Part shown: positions 1-9,241 of the stretch, one piece after another | Position numbering within the stretch: the first letter of the stretch is position 1 | Layout of the letters: each line of letters begins with the position of its first letter | Source: Candidatus Iainarchaeum sp. | GTDB taxonomy: Archaea > Iainarchaeota > Iainarchaeia > Iainarchaeales > UBA10219 | Direction of reading: 5' to 3' | DNA length: 64,000 nucleotides | Assembly (NCBI GenBank): GCA_018304425.1 | Contig: JAGVWE010000007.1 | Coordinates: 19,853 to 83,852, forward strand | The notes under the pieces: generated by a model | What the model saw: the letters and a program-made list of their open reading frames with translations, nothing else | Database searches by the model: none | Told to the model about the DNA's origin: nothing | Made by a program: the position numbers and the translations under genes

Positions 1-231
1 AGCACGGGCGCGCAGCGCGAACACCGCTATGAGGTCTTGAAGGCGCAGGCCAAGGAGAAGGGCCTGGACCTGGACGCCATGAAGGACTATGCTAACCTGT
101 TCAAGTACGGGGCGCCCCCCCACGGGGGAGCGGGCCTGGGCCTGGACCGGTTCGTGGAATGCCTCCTGGAACTGGACAACATCCGGGAGGGAATCCTGTT
201 GCCGCGTGACCCGATCCGGCTCACGCCCTGA
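1..231 (+). CDS. aspS: Aspartate--tRNA ligase, C-terminal fragment (runs off window start)
   Basis: Frame open from base 1 ([10 protein letters not shown]...); class II motif 3 [15 protein letters not shown] and archaeal AspRS end PRDPIRLTP. Confidence 0.9.
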   Translation, partial: STGAQREHRYEVLKAQAKEKGLDLDAMKDYANLFKYGAPPHGGAGLGLDRFVECLLELDNIREGILLPRDPIRLTP

Positions 232-243
232 ACGAGGAAAACC

Positions 244-1578
244 ATGCCACAAATCAAGCCAGAAAACCTTTCCACGCGCCTGGATGACCCGTCTTTTACG
301 CCCGTGGCCCGCGTGCTGGCAGCCGGGAAGGGCCGGTTCAAGGTCAGGGGCTGGATCAAGCGCAAGCGCGACCAGAAGGGGAAAATCTTCTTCGTGTTCC
401 GCGACGCCTCCGGGGAGATGCAGGTCGTGGTCGACGAGGCCAGGGTGTCCAAGGAAGACTATGGCTTGGCGGGCAAGCTCCAGATGGAGTCCAGCGTCTT
501 CTTCGAAGGCGAGGCCAGGGCCGATGAGCGCGCGCCGGGCGGAGCCGAATTGCACGTTTCAAGCGTTACGCCGGTCTGGGTGGGCAAGGAGTTTCCCATC
601 CAGAAGGACTTGAGCGAGGACTTCCTCTTGGACGTCAGGCACCTGTGGCTGCGGAGCGGCCGAATGGGCGCCGCGTTGAGGGTGCGGGCCGGCGTGCACC
701 AGGCCTTCCGGGACTTCATGGCCGCGAAGGGCTACCGGGAAATCCACAACCCCTCCTTTGTCTCGGGCGCGGTGGAGGGCGGCTCGACCTTGTTCGAGGT
801 ACCCTACTTCGGCAAAAAAGTCTTCTTGACTCAATCAGGCCAGTTCTACAACGAGGCCTACGTCTTCGGTTTGGAACGGATTTGGGGCATCGCGCCCAGC
901 TTCCGCGCCGAGAAGTCGAGGACGCGGCGGCACTTGACCGAGTTCTGGCACGCGGAAATGGAGGCGGCCTGGATGCAGTTGCCGGAACTCATCGACTTCT
1001 GCCAGGAAATGGTTGTTTCCATCGCGCAGGATGCCCGGGAAAAGTTTCCCAACGAGTTGAAGCTGTTGGGCCGCGACCCCAATGACTTGAAGAGAGTCGA
1101 CAAGCCCTTTGAGCGCTTTACTTACCGGAAAATCTTGGAAGCAGCGAAAGAGAAGTTCCCGGACTTGCGGTTCGGCTCGGACCTGGGCGAGGCCGAGGAA
1201 CGCGAGATAACCAAGGACTTCACGAAGCCGATTGTGGTGACGCATTACCCGGCCAGCCTCAAGCCCTTCTATCACCGCCCCAACCCGGCGGACGAGGAGA
1301 CCGTGTTGTGCTGTGACTTCCTGGCCCCCGAAGGCTATGGGGAAATCATTGGCGGAGGGGAAAGGTGTTGGACGCTGGACGAGGTCGTGGGCCGCATGAA
1401 GGCGGAAAAGCTCGACCCAAAGGCCTACGAGTGGTACTTGGACCTCCGAAGGTATGGGGCCGTGCCGCACTCGGGGTTCGGCCTGGGCCTTGAAAGGCTG
1501 ACGACCTGGCTCTGCAAGCTCCCCCACATCCGGGAAGTCATCGGGTTCCCACGGACCATGAACCGGTTCTATCCGTGA
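244..1578 (+). CDS. asnS: Asparagine--tRNA ligase
   Basis: OB-fold N-terminus, FRAEKSRTRRHLTEFWH motif 2, APEGYGEIIGG, YGAVPHSGFGLGLER motif 3. Confidence 0.9.
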   Translation: MPQIKPENLSTRLDDPSFTPVARVLAAGKGRFKVRGWIKRKRDQKGKIFFVFRDASGEMQVVVDEARVSKEDYGLAGKLQMESSVFFEGEARADERAPGGAELHVSSVTPVWVGKEFPIQKDLSEDFLLDVRHLWLRSGRMGAALRVRAGVHQAFRDFMAAKGYREIHNPSFVSGAVEGGSTLFEVPYFGKKVFLTQSGQFYNEAYVFGLERIWGIAPSFRAEKSRTRRHLTEFWHAEMEAAWMQLPELIDFCQEMVVSIAQDAREKFPNELKLLGRDPNDLKRVDKPFERFTYRKILEAAKEKFPDLRFGSDLGEAEEREITKDFTKPIVVTHYPASLKPFYHRPNPADEETVLCCDFLAPEGYGEIIGGGERCWTLDEVVGRMKAEKLDPKAYEWYLDLRRYGAVPHSGFGLGLERLTTWLCKLPHIREVIGFPRTMNRFYP

Positions 1579-1626
1579 GGCCGGGAGCCAGAGCGGGTTA
1601 AAAATTGGTTGCCGCTGGGTGGTGGC

Positions 1627-2406
1627 ATGAACGCGGACTTCCTGCACGTCGCCAAAAAGGCCGCGCTGGCCGGCGCCAAGGCCATTCAGCGCGTGCAGGC
1701 AAATGGTTTCCGCGTGCGTTACAAGGCGGCGCGGAACCTCTTGACGGAAGCCGACCTGGCATCGCAGGCCGCCGTCCAACGCGTGCTGTCCAAGGCCTTT
1801 CCCGACCACAATTTGTTGATGGAGGAGAACCTGGATCTTCGACAGGGCTCCGAGTACACTTGGCTGGTGGATCCCCTGGATGGAACGACCAATTTCGCGC
1901 ACGGTTTTCCCATGTACGCCGTGTCCATCGGCTTGGCCCGGGGAAAAGAGCCGTTGGTGGGCGTGGTCTACCACGTGCCCGCCAAGGAATGGTTCGTGGC
2001 CGTGAAAGGCAGGGGAGCCTACTTGAACGGCGAACGGATTCATGTTTCGCGCGTGAAGCGCCTGGAACGGGCCCTGGTCGCCACCGGTTTCCCCTACAAG
2101 GACCCCGGAGTCGCCAGGCAAACCGTTCACGACATCGGCCGGTTGTGGAAAAAAGTCGAGGGCATCCGCCGGGCGGGTGCGGCAGCCCTGGACCTCTGCT
2201 TTGTGGCGTGTGGTCGCCTGGACGCTTTCTGGGAGCACCGGCTTTCCCCCTGGGATTTGGCCGCAGGCCAGCTGGTCTTGCGGGAGGCAGGGGGAAAGGC
2301 AACCGACTTCAGGGGGCGGCCCGTGGACGCGTTCGCGGACTGCGTGGTGGCTTCGAACAAGGCCATTCACCTGCCGTTGTTGAAGGCATTGGGGGGAAGG
2401 AAGTGA
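1627..2406 (+). CDS. suhB: Inositol monophosphatase family protein
   Basis: WLVDPLDGTTNFAHG and PWDLAAG motifs; ATG at 1627 chosen. Confidence 0.9.
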   Translation: MNADFLHVAKKAALAGAKAIQRVQANGFRVRYKAARNLLTEADLASQAAVQRVLSKAFPDHNLLMEENLDLRQGSEYTWLVDPLDGTTNFAHGFPMYAVSIGLARGKEPLVGVVYHVPAKEWFVAVKGRGAYLNGERIHVSRVKRLERALVATGFPYKDPGVARQTVHDIGRLWKKVEGIRRAGAAALDLCFVACGRLDAFWEHRLSPWDLAAGQLVLREAGGKATDFRGRPVDAFADCVVASNKAIHLPLLKALGGRK

Positions 2407-3146
2407 AGCTGACCGTGCTGGGCTCTGGGGTCCTCGTCCCCCAGGCAGGGCACGCGCCGTCCTGTTACTTCCTGGAGGCGGGCGGCAAGCGCTTGTTGTT
2501 TGACGCGGGTTCGGGGAGCTTGCAGCAGCTGGTGCGTGCGGGCCTCGACTACCGGAAAATCGACGCGTTTTTTTTCTCGCACCTGCACCCCGACCACGTC
2601 CACGAGTTGCCCATGTTTTTCGTGGCGGCTGGCCTGGACAAGGCGAACAAGGCCAAGCGGTTCACGGTGTTCGGTCCGAAGGGCATCAAACGGTTTTTTG
2701 CAAAATGCCTCGACTTGTATCCGTTCATGAAACGGTTGCCGGTGAAGACGCGGTTCAGGGAATTGGCGGACACGAGCCTGAGGTTGGGCGGCGTCAAGGT
2801 GCGGTCCGCAATCGTCCAGCACACCGTGGGCGCGTTGGCGTACCGCGTGGAGGCCGGGAAGAAGTCGTTCGTTTTTTCCGGGGACTCGGAGGACTGCCTG
2901 GCCCTGCGCAAGCTGTGCTGGAAAGCCGACCTGGCCATGCTCGAGTGCTCGAGCCCGCGCAAGCCGTTTTCGGGGCACCTAACGGCCCTCGATTGCGGGG
3001 CCCTTGCCTCGGCGTGCGGCGTGAAGCACCTGGTGTTGTCGCATCTTTATCCGGCGAGCGTGAAGGCAAACGTGAAGGGGCTGGCGGGAAAACGGTTTAA
3101 GGGAAAAATAAGGGTGGCCCGCGACTTTTCCGTCATCCCTTTTTAG
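2403..3146 (+). CDS. MBL-fold metallohydrolase (RNase Z/ElaC-like)
   Basis: GTG start overlapping upstream stop; LTVLGSG, FDAGSG, SHLHPDH, FSGDS, LSHLYP motifs. Confidence 0.8.
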   Translation: MKLTVLGSGVLVPQAGHAPSCYFLEAGGKRLLFDAGSGSLQQLVRAGLDYRKIDAFFFSHLHPDHVHELPMFFVAAGLDKANKAKRFTVFGPKGIKRFFAKCLDLYPFMKRLPVKTRFRELADTSLRLGGVKVRSAIVQHTVGALAYRVEAGKKSFVFSGDSEDCLALRKLCWKADLAMLECSSPRKPFSGHLTALDCGALASACGVKHLVLSHLYPASVKANVKGLAGKRFKGKIRVARDFSVIPF

Positions 3147-3825
3147 CGATGGCCAGGTAACCAATGGAGGCCTTGTCGTTGTAGAACCAGGCGTCCAGGG
3201 TCTTGCCGAGGACGTTCAGGAACGGGAATGCGAGGAACCACATCACGCGTTTCGTGAACCAGTTTTCCCAGGGCCTGCGGCCGAATACGGCGTGCTTTGC
3301 CAGGAGGGCCAGGATCTGGAAGTAGCATTGGATGAAGCCCCCCAGCGGCCGGACTTCCACGCTTGAAAAGCCCGCGAACAGCCGTTGAAAGCCGTGGGGC
3401 ATGAACCGCCACTTGGGGTTGGGCGGGTCGAACAAGGGGTAGGTGCCGGGCGCGGAAACGAAGGCGACCCCGTTTTTTTTGAGGACGCGGTGCATTTCCC
3501 GGGCCGCGTGGAACGGGTCGTCAAAGTATTGGAGGACCTGCGTGCACAGGACAACGTCAAAGGAGGCCGGTTTGAAGGGCAGGCTTTCCCCGCGTCCGCG
3601 GACGTCCGGCAAACCGTTCTCGCCTGGCTCCAAGCCGATGACTTTCCTTGCCTTGCCTTCGAAGAAGGGCTGGTACTTTTTCCAGCCACAGCCAATGTCG
3701 AGCACGAGCAGATTCCGGCCTTTCACGTGTCCTTCAACGGCTTTGCGGAGTTCCCAGTAGAGGGTCCCGAGTTCGAGGAAGAGGTAGTGCCGTATGCCGG
3801 GGTTGACCACGATTTCCTCGGACAT
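3133..3825 (-). CDS. Class I SAM-dependent methyltransferase
   Basis: VLDIGCG, LPFKPASFDVVLCTQVL motifs. Confidence 0.85.
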   Translation of the reverse strand: MSEEIVVNPGIRHYLFLELGTLYWELRKAVEGHVKGRNLLVLDIGCGWKKYQPFFEGKARKVIGLEPGENGLPDVRGRGESLPFKPASFDVVLCTQVLQYFDDPFHAAREMHRVLKKNGVAFVSAPGTYPLFDPPNPKWRFMPHGFQRLFAGFSSVEVRPLGGFIQCYFQILALLAKHAVFGRRPWENWFTKRVMWFLAFPFLNVLGKTLDAWFYNDKASIGYLAIAKKG

Positions 3826-3829
3826 GGTT

Positions 3830-4312
3830 TTAGCCTCCGAACATGGCTTCCAAGAGGGAGCCATGGCGGCGGATGTTCTGGGTGTCCTGTTCGGCGATGG
3901 CCTTGCGGAGGTTCCGCACGGTGTTCACTTCGCTGCCCATGCCCTTGGCACTGAAGCCTTCTTCGAGCCGTGCAAGGGCTTGCTGTAAGCCCTGCTCGGT
4001 GTTCCCGGCTTCGAGTTCGGCCTTGGCCTCGCGGTAGGATTGGACGAGCCCGGGGTCCGTTATTTTTTCGCCGTCAAAATCGGTGGAGGGTTCCCCGAAG
4101 CTGGTCAACGGGTTTTGTTCGCCTGCCGGTGGGGCGCCCATGCTTTTCTCGAGCTGGCCCGAGCCAATCAAGCCGGGCAGGCCGGCTTCGCCGAGTTTGC
4201 TGGCCGCGCTCGAAATCGTTATCACGCCGAAGAGGGCGGCGGCGAAGAAGGCAATCAGCAGCAGGTCGCGGAGGATGGCAACAACATCCCGGACGGCGGA
4301 GAGCAGGCCCAT
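3830..4312 (-). CDS. Hypothetical membrane-anchored protein
   Basis: N-terminal hydrophobic helix; tightly packed with neighbours. Confidence 0.7.
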   Translation of the reverse strand: MGLLSAVRDVVAILRDLLLIAFFAAALFGVITISSAASKLGEAGLPGLIGSGQLEKSMGAPPAGEQNPLTSFGEPSTDFDGEKITDPGLVQSYREAKAELEAGNTEQGLQQALARLEEGFSAKGMGSEVNTVRNLRKAIAEQDTQNIRRHGSLLEAMFGG

Positions 4313-4315
4313 GCC

Positions 4316-4690
4316 CTATTCCTCGCGGTGCGGGAACTTGTGGGCCCTGGTCTTCTTGGCTTTTTTGGCGGTCGCGAGGGAAAACACGTGGTCGAGGATG
4401 CAGGCGACCAGGTACCACAATCCGAGGTTGGCCGCGAAGTTGAAGTCGTAGAAGTAATTGTAGCGGGTTTCGCCGCGGACCAAAATTTTGTAGGTTTCCA
4501 GGGGGAAGCCCACATGCCGCCGGAGTTCGCCGGTATACCTGCAGTTGGTTTCGGCGCCTGACTCGCTGGTCACGCACTGGTATTCGAGGGTGTTGACGTT
4601 GTCGCTCCACCGGATGAGGAAGACGATGATGAGTGCCACGTAAATCAGGAGCTTGCGGCTGCGTGGGTAAAGGAATTCGACTTCATCCAT
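4316..4690 (-). CDS. Hypothetical membrane protein (2 TM)
   Basis: Two hydrophobic segments flanking a loop with two Cys. Confidence 0.65.
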   Translation of the reverse strand: MDEVEFLYPRSRKLLIYVALIIVFLIRWSDNVNTLEYQCVTSESGAETNCRYTGELRRHVGFPLETYKILVRGETRYNYFYDFNFAANLGLWYLVACILDHVFSLATAKKAKKTRAHKFPHREE

Positions 4691-4966
4691 GGAAATCGTA
4701 TACCATTAGCGCTCTACCCTTTTTAACCCTTACCCCCGGAAACACCGTAAAATGCCGCAAATCGTTCTATAACCGTACTAAACTGCGGGCATTGTACCAA
4801 AATTGATTTATAAGGGGCCGGCAGCATAGGGTATTGAACGGCAAGATTCACCAACCGTTCAAACCCCTCGCATTAAGTCGTCGAAAAGGGATTGAGGTGG
4901 GGCCCTGAAGGGCATTCAATCCCTTTTTCTATTTTTCTTCGCTCTGCATTGAATGGAGGTAAGAAT

Positions 4967-5287
4967 TTGCCTGAATCAATCGTTCATCCATGGGATGCCC
5001 TGCGGGAAGTCAGTGACGTCGCGGCCCAAAACGACGCTTTCACGCGCTTCCTGGTGTTGCTGCTCTCGGCCGCCATCCTGTTCATCGCGGTCAAAGCCTA
5101 TCAGAAGAACAAGTCCGAGCGCCTCAAGTTCGTCACGCTTGCCTTCGCCTTGTTCGCGGTCAAGTGGGGGTTGAAGGTGCTGGACCTCTTCGTGAGCCCG
5201 GGCAACTTTTTCAATGACGCCAGCGAAAACGTGTTCGAGTTGTTGATTCTGGGCTCGCTTTTCACGGCGCTCTTCCGGAAAGAATGA
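4967..5287 (+). CDS. Small multi-pass membrane protein
   Basis: TTG start at 4967 after GGAGGT; three hydrophobic helices; directly upstream of an HTH regulator. Confidence 0.7.
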   Translation: MPESIVHPWDALREVSDVAAQNDAFTRFLVLLLSAAILFIAVKAYQKNKSERLKFVTLAFALFAVKWGLKVLDLFVSPGNFFNDASENVFELLILGSLFTALFRKE

Positions 5288-5310
5288 TGCGTTGGTGCGT
5301 GGGTGCCTGA

Positions 5311-5847
5311 ATGGATGACGCCGAGCAAGCCCTGGAGTTGAACGTCCGGAACCGCTTATACGACGCCGTCAACGAGAGCCCGGGCCTGCACTTCCGGGAA
5401 CTCCAGAGGCGAACCGGCATCGCGGTCGGCAGCCTCCAATACCACCTGGACTTCCTGGAACGCGTGCACCTGGTGCGGAAAGTAAGGGAAGGCAAGTTCA
5501 CCCGCTATTACTCGGTGCGCGGCGAACAGTTGGGGGAAGGGCAGCGCGTCATGTCCCTCATCAGGCAGGACAGCATCCGCCGCATCGTGTTGTTCCTCCT
5601 GCACCCGAGGCCCCGGCAAGCCAATAACCTCGAGATCAGCCGGGGCATCGGGTTGAGCCCTTCCACGGTCTCCTGGCACCTCCAGAAAATGCTGGAAGCC
5701 AACCTGGCCCTCAAAGAGCAAAGGGGCAGGGAAGCCTTTTTCTCGCTTGCCAACCCCGTGCAGGTGGCCCAGCTCCTCGTCCAGCACCGGAAGTCCTTCT
5801 TGGACGAACTCGTGGACAACTTCGCCGAAGTATGGCAACAGATTTAG
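5311..5847 (+). CDS. Double winged-helix transcriptional regulator (ArsR/MarR-like)
   Basis: PGLHFRELQR...GSLQYHL and SPSTVSWHL tandem HTH motifs. Confidence 0.8.
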   Translation: MDDAEQALELNVRNRLYDAVNESPGLHFRELQRRTGIAVGSLQYHLDFLERVHLVRKVREGKFTRYYSVRGEQLGEGQRVMSLIRQDSIRRIVLFLLHPRPRQANNLEISRGIGLSPSTVSWHLQKMLEANLALKEQRGREAFFSLANPVQVAQLLVQHRKSFLDELVDNFAEVWQQI

Positions 5848-5857
5848 GGGGAAAGGA

Positions 5858-6769
5858 ATGCCAGCCCCTTTTCTGCCGGAAGCCTTCGTGGAAAAGTTCA
5901 CGCGCTTGCTGGGCAGCGAAGCCGAAGAATTCTTCGCGTACTCCCGGCGAAAGCTGGGCAAGAGTTTCCGCGTGAACCCCTTGAAGGCAGTCATGCCTGC
6001 CGTGCAAGCCTCGCTGGAACGACAGGGCTTCGGGCTCGAGCCGCTCTCCTTTTCCCCGGAAGCGTTCCGGGTGCCGGGGGAAAACATTGAGCTTGGCAAG
6101 ACTCCGGAGTATGCCCTGGGCTCGATTGCCGTGCAGGAAGCGAGTTCCATGGTTCCAGCGCTCGTCCTGGCCCCGCAGCCCGGCCAACTCGTGCTGGACG
6201 CCTGTGCCGCGCCGGGCAGCAAGACCTCGCAAATGGCGGCGCTCATGGAGAACCAGGGCGGCATCCTGGCCTTGGACGTCAACCGGGAACGCGTGAAGTC
6301 CTTGAAGTTCACCCTGGGCCGGCTGGGCGTGGCGAATACCGTGGTTGCCTTGAACGATGCCACTAAAACCGCGTTTCCCGCCTTGTTTGACCGGGTTTTA
6401 CTGGATGCCCCGTGCTCGTCCGAGGGCCTGGTCCGCAAGCGCCTGGATGCCTTAAAGGGCTGGAGCCCCCGCCTCGTGGAATACAAGGCCAGGCTCCAAA
6501 AAAAGCTCATCCTGAAAGCCTTTGACGCGTTAAAGGAGGGCGGGCAACTGGTTTACTCGACGTGCACGCTTTCCCCAGAGGAAAACGAGGAAGTGGTGCA
6601 GTTCCTACTCGCCGAGCGGCCCGCGGCCGGGTTGTTGTCGGTGAGGCTTCCCGGGTTCCGGTTTCGTCCCGGCCTCTTGGAGGGCCTGGAGGCGTGCGCG
6701 CGCGTCTTGCCCCAGGACAACGACTCGGAAGCCTTTTTCGTGGCGCGCCTCGGGAAGGGAAAAGCATGA
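5858..6769 (+). CDS. RsmB/NOL1/NOP2 family RNA m5C methyltransferase
   Basis: QEASSM, LDACAAPGSKT, LDAPCS, YSTCT motifs. Confidence 0.92.
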   Translation: MPAPFLPEAFVEKFTRLLGSEAEEFFAYSRRKLGKSFRVNPLKAVMPAVQASLERQGFGLEPLSFSPEAFRVPGENIELGKTPEYALGSIAVQEASSMVPALVLAPQPGQLVLDACAAPGSKTSQMAALMENQGGILALDVNRERVKSLKFTLGRLGVANTVVALNDATKTAFPALFDRVLLDAPCSSEGLVRKRLDALKGWSPRLVEYKARLQKKLILKAFDALKEGGQLVYSTCTLSPEENEEVVQFLLAERPAAGLLSVRLPGFRFRPGLLEGLEACARVLPQDNDSEAFFVARLGKGKA

Positions 6770-7056
6770 CCTTTGAACCCGTGTCGGACGCCGAAGCCCG
6801 TCGGCTGGTGAATGCCTTGGCCCAACAATTCGGCGAAGGCATGCGCGGGTTCTTCGAGGGAAAAGTGTTTTTCGCGCGCGGCAACCACGCGTGGCTCGCG
6901 ACTAGGGAATGCATGGAACTTATTCGGTCCTGCCGCGGCGTGAACGTCCAACAGCCGGGGTTGCTGGCGTTGGTGGACGTGAAGGCGTGCACGCCGTCCA
7001 GGGAACTCGCCGGCCTGCTGCAGGCCGTTTCACCTGGTTTAGGCAGATTTGTTTAA
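6766..7056 (+). CDS. Hypothetical protein, possible accessory of the m5C methyltransferase
   Basis: ATG overlaps upstream stop (ATGA); 96 aa. Confidence 0.55.
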   Translation: MTFEPVSDAEARRLVNALAQQFGEGMRGFFEGKVFFARGNHAWLATRECMELIRSCRGVNVQQPGLLALVDVKACTPSRELAGLLQAVSPGLGRFV

Positions 7057-7916
7057 GCGGATGGGCTCCTTGTTGGATGCCCGGCCTCTTGCGGCCGTGA
7101 ACCGGTTACCGGGTGCGTGGCGGGCAGCCGGGTCACGCACAGGGATTGCACGTACAGGTGGCTACTGGGCTGCTCCTGCCATTCATTGCGGAGTTCGGCG
7201 TGGAGGCCCTGCGAGGCGAACGCCTGCCTAATGTTGCTGTCGCTCATGAGTTCGGGGCGAATGACTTCGATGTAGGCGCGTCCGTCAGGTGTCAGTATCT
7301 GGTTCAGTAAACCGGCCAGGTACTTGGGGTGCAGGGTCTGCGTTTCGCCGGCATGGCAGACGACGAAGTGGAATGTTTTGCCTTGTTTCACAAATCTAGA
7401 GATGAGCCGCTCAATGCGTCCCACGCGATAATCGTCAAGTTCCTTGAATGGATATATGGCCTGCTTTGGGGCCTTGGGAGTCGGGCGGGCCACTCTTTCA
7501 CGTGGAAGCGGCGGCCTGCGCAGGCCCGTTGCGGTGACCTCCACGGTGTCTTTGAACAAGGTCTTGATGCCGCGGGCGAGAATTGCGTTTCCGGCGCTGA
7601 GCTCGAGCACCCGCACCTGCTCTGTTTCAGGGATTTCGGTCTGCTTTTTCCCGACTTCGGTTCCAAGGTCGGTTCTGAAGACTTCCACGAATTTCCGCCG
7701 GCCGCTGTGCGTGTAATAGGCTAGATTTCGTCTCCCACGTATGCCGACCAGGTCCTGCCTGCGCGCCCGCTGGAACATCCGGGCTTCTGACGTCCGGCCG
7801 CTGAGCCTTCCGCGTATTTTGATTCCAAGGGTCTTCAGCCGGGTTCGGGTTCCCTGTGCGGCCCTTTGCAGTGTTTCCATTAAGCGGCGCATAGCTACCC
7901 TAGATATGGGCGCCAT
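7053..7916 (-). CDS. Hypothetical protein, Arg-rich N-terminus plus degenerate SAM-methyltransferase-like domain
   Basis: VLELSAGNA resembles motif I; LTPDGRAYI resembles LxPGG; fills gap downstream of tRNA-Ile. Confidence 0.55.
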   Translation of the reverse strand: MAPISRVAMRRLMETLQRAAQGTRTRLKTLGIKIRGRLSGRTSEARMFQRARRQDLVGIRGRRNLAYYTHSGRRKFVEVFRTDLGTEVGKKQTEIPETEQVRVLELSAGNAILARGIKTLFKDTVEVTATGLRRPPLPRERVARPTPKAPKQAIYPFKELDDYRVGRIERLISRFVKQGKTFHFVVCHAGETQTLHPKYLAGLLNQILTPDGRAYIEVIRPELMSDSNIRQAFASQGLHAELRNEWQEQPSSHLYVQSLCVTRLPATHPVTGSRPQEAGHPTRSPSA

Positions 7917-7941
7917 GGAAGAATAAAAGCTTTATGGGGAG

Positions 7942-8016
7942 TGGGCAGGGGCGGATTTGAACCGCCGACCTCTCCGTTATCAGCGGAGTGCTCCAACCAG
8001 ACTAAGCTACCCGCCC
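7942..8016 (-). tRNA. tRNA-Ile(GAT)
   Basis: Full cloverleaf GGGCGGG...CTCCG-CTGATAA-CGGAG...GGTTCAAATCC...CCTGCCC-A. Confidence 0.95.
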
Positions 8017-8096
8017 AAGGGGCTGACAAGCCGGATTCCACCTAATTCGGTAGGAAAACCTTTATATGCCTTTTCAGCGCCCTTACTGTAGGCTTT

Positions 8097-8262
8097 AGCC
8101 CCATCGTCTAGTGGCCAAGGATACAGGGCTTTGAACCCGCCCTTTTCTTTCTTTGAAAGAAAGAAAAGTGCAGGGTGCCCAAAAGAAAGAAACGGCTCTT
8201 TTGGTGTGCCTTCAATGTGGGGAAGATACCCTGGGACAGGAGTTCGAATCTCCTTGGGGCTA
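8097..8262 (+). tRNA. tRNA-Gln(TTG) with 93-nt intron (8135-8227) at position 37/38
   Basis: A1-U72 acceptor AGCCCCA/TGGGGCT; CAGGG-CT-TTG-A|intron|A-CCCTG; canonical BHB (CTTT:GAAG helix, CCCGC:GTGGG); TTTATAT box upstream. Confidence 0.92.
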
Positions 8263-8337
8263 TCCGCTCACGCGGCGGATGGGCGCGCATACGTCGGCCC
8301 ATCTGCGATGGGCCATAAATAGTCTCGTGGTGCAACA

Positions 8338-8526
8338 ATGGGTTTCCTGGATTTCCTGAAAAAAAAGGGCGGGCAACCAGCCGGCGGAGAAGGCCTCGCC
8401 GAAGGCAAGTACGCCGAGGCCTGCACGCTCTGTGGGAAAGCCCCCACCGACAAGAAGTGGATGGCCCAGTTCTTCCACAAGAAATGCTTCCGCAAGATGA
8501 AGAAAGCCGGGAAAGGAATGATATAG
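8338..8526 (+). CDS. Small zinc-finger protein
   Basis: CTLC...HKKC motif, Lys-rich, 62 aa. Confidence 0.7.
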   Translation: MGFLDFLKKKGGQPAGGEGLAEGKYAEACTLCGKAPTDKKWMAQFFHKKCFRKMKKAGKGMI

Positions 8527-8562
8527 CGCAGCGTTGCGAATGAAAAACAAGATGGGCAAAAA

Positions 8563-9180
8563 ATGACGCACGATGCAAGAAAGCACTGGGAGAGTATTTA
8601 TCAAGCGAAAAAATCCGATGAATTGAGTTGGCATCAGGAGAAACCCGAAACATCGCTTAAGTTGATTGTTGAAACCGGGTTGGGAAGGGATGCCGGCATA
8701 ATCGACGTGGGGGCAGGAGACTCAAAGCTGGTGGACAATCTTCTTGACCTCGGTTTTAAGAACATAACCGTCTTGGATGTTTCCCCAACTGCATTGGAGC
8801 GGGCGAAGAAAAGGCTAGGAAGCAGGGCGGTCAGCGTTAAATGGGTGGCCTCTGATTTGAGGGAATTTGAAACAGGCGATAGCTACGACCTTTGGCATGA
8901 TAGAGCAGTTCTCCATTTCTTGACCAACGAAGAAGACATTAATCGCTATGTGGAAGTCGTGAGACGGGTCTTGAAACCAGGGGGTTACTTGATTGTCTCG
9001 GCCTTCTCATGGAGGGGGCCAACGAGGTGCAGTGGGCTGGACACACGGCAATACTCCGAGGCCTCCATGGAAAAGTTGTTCAACGATTTTGAGCGCATAA
9101 AAAGCTTTGAAGAGGAGCATGTAACCCCCTGGGGGGCCGGCCAGATTTTCCTTTGGAGCGTGTTCAGGAAAAAGGGATGA
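8563..9180 (+). CDS. Class I SAM-dependent methyltransferase
   Basis: IIDVGAG, YDLWHDRAVLHF, LKPGG; visibly AT-richer than neighbours. Confidence 0.9.
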   Translation: MTHDARKHWESIYQAKKSDELSWHQEKPETSLKLIVETGLGRDAGIIDVGAGDSKLVDNLLDLGFKNITVLDVSPTALERAKKRLGSRAVSVKWVASDLREFETGDSYDLWHDRAVLHFLTNEEDINRYVEVVRRVLKPGGYLIVSAFSWRGPTRCSGLDTRQYSEASMEKLFNDFERIKSFEEEHVTPWGAGQIFLWSVFRKKG

Positions 9181-9241
9181 AACCGGATGGAGGGCGTCAA
9201 TAGGGTGACTGAACCGAGCCGGCAAGGGAATGATTTAAATA

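Noticed and set aside
1605-2402. Apparent long N-terminal extension of the MBL hydrolase (similarly for gatD 17422-17994 and tatD 54745-55017)
   Set aside because: Extensions overlap other real genes; better starts exist at 2403, 17421 and 55018
5284-5340. Possible C/D sRNA (ATGATG...CTGA...GATGA)
   Set aside because: Box C imperfect, spacing non-canonical, no terminal D box; explained by adjacent stop and start codons
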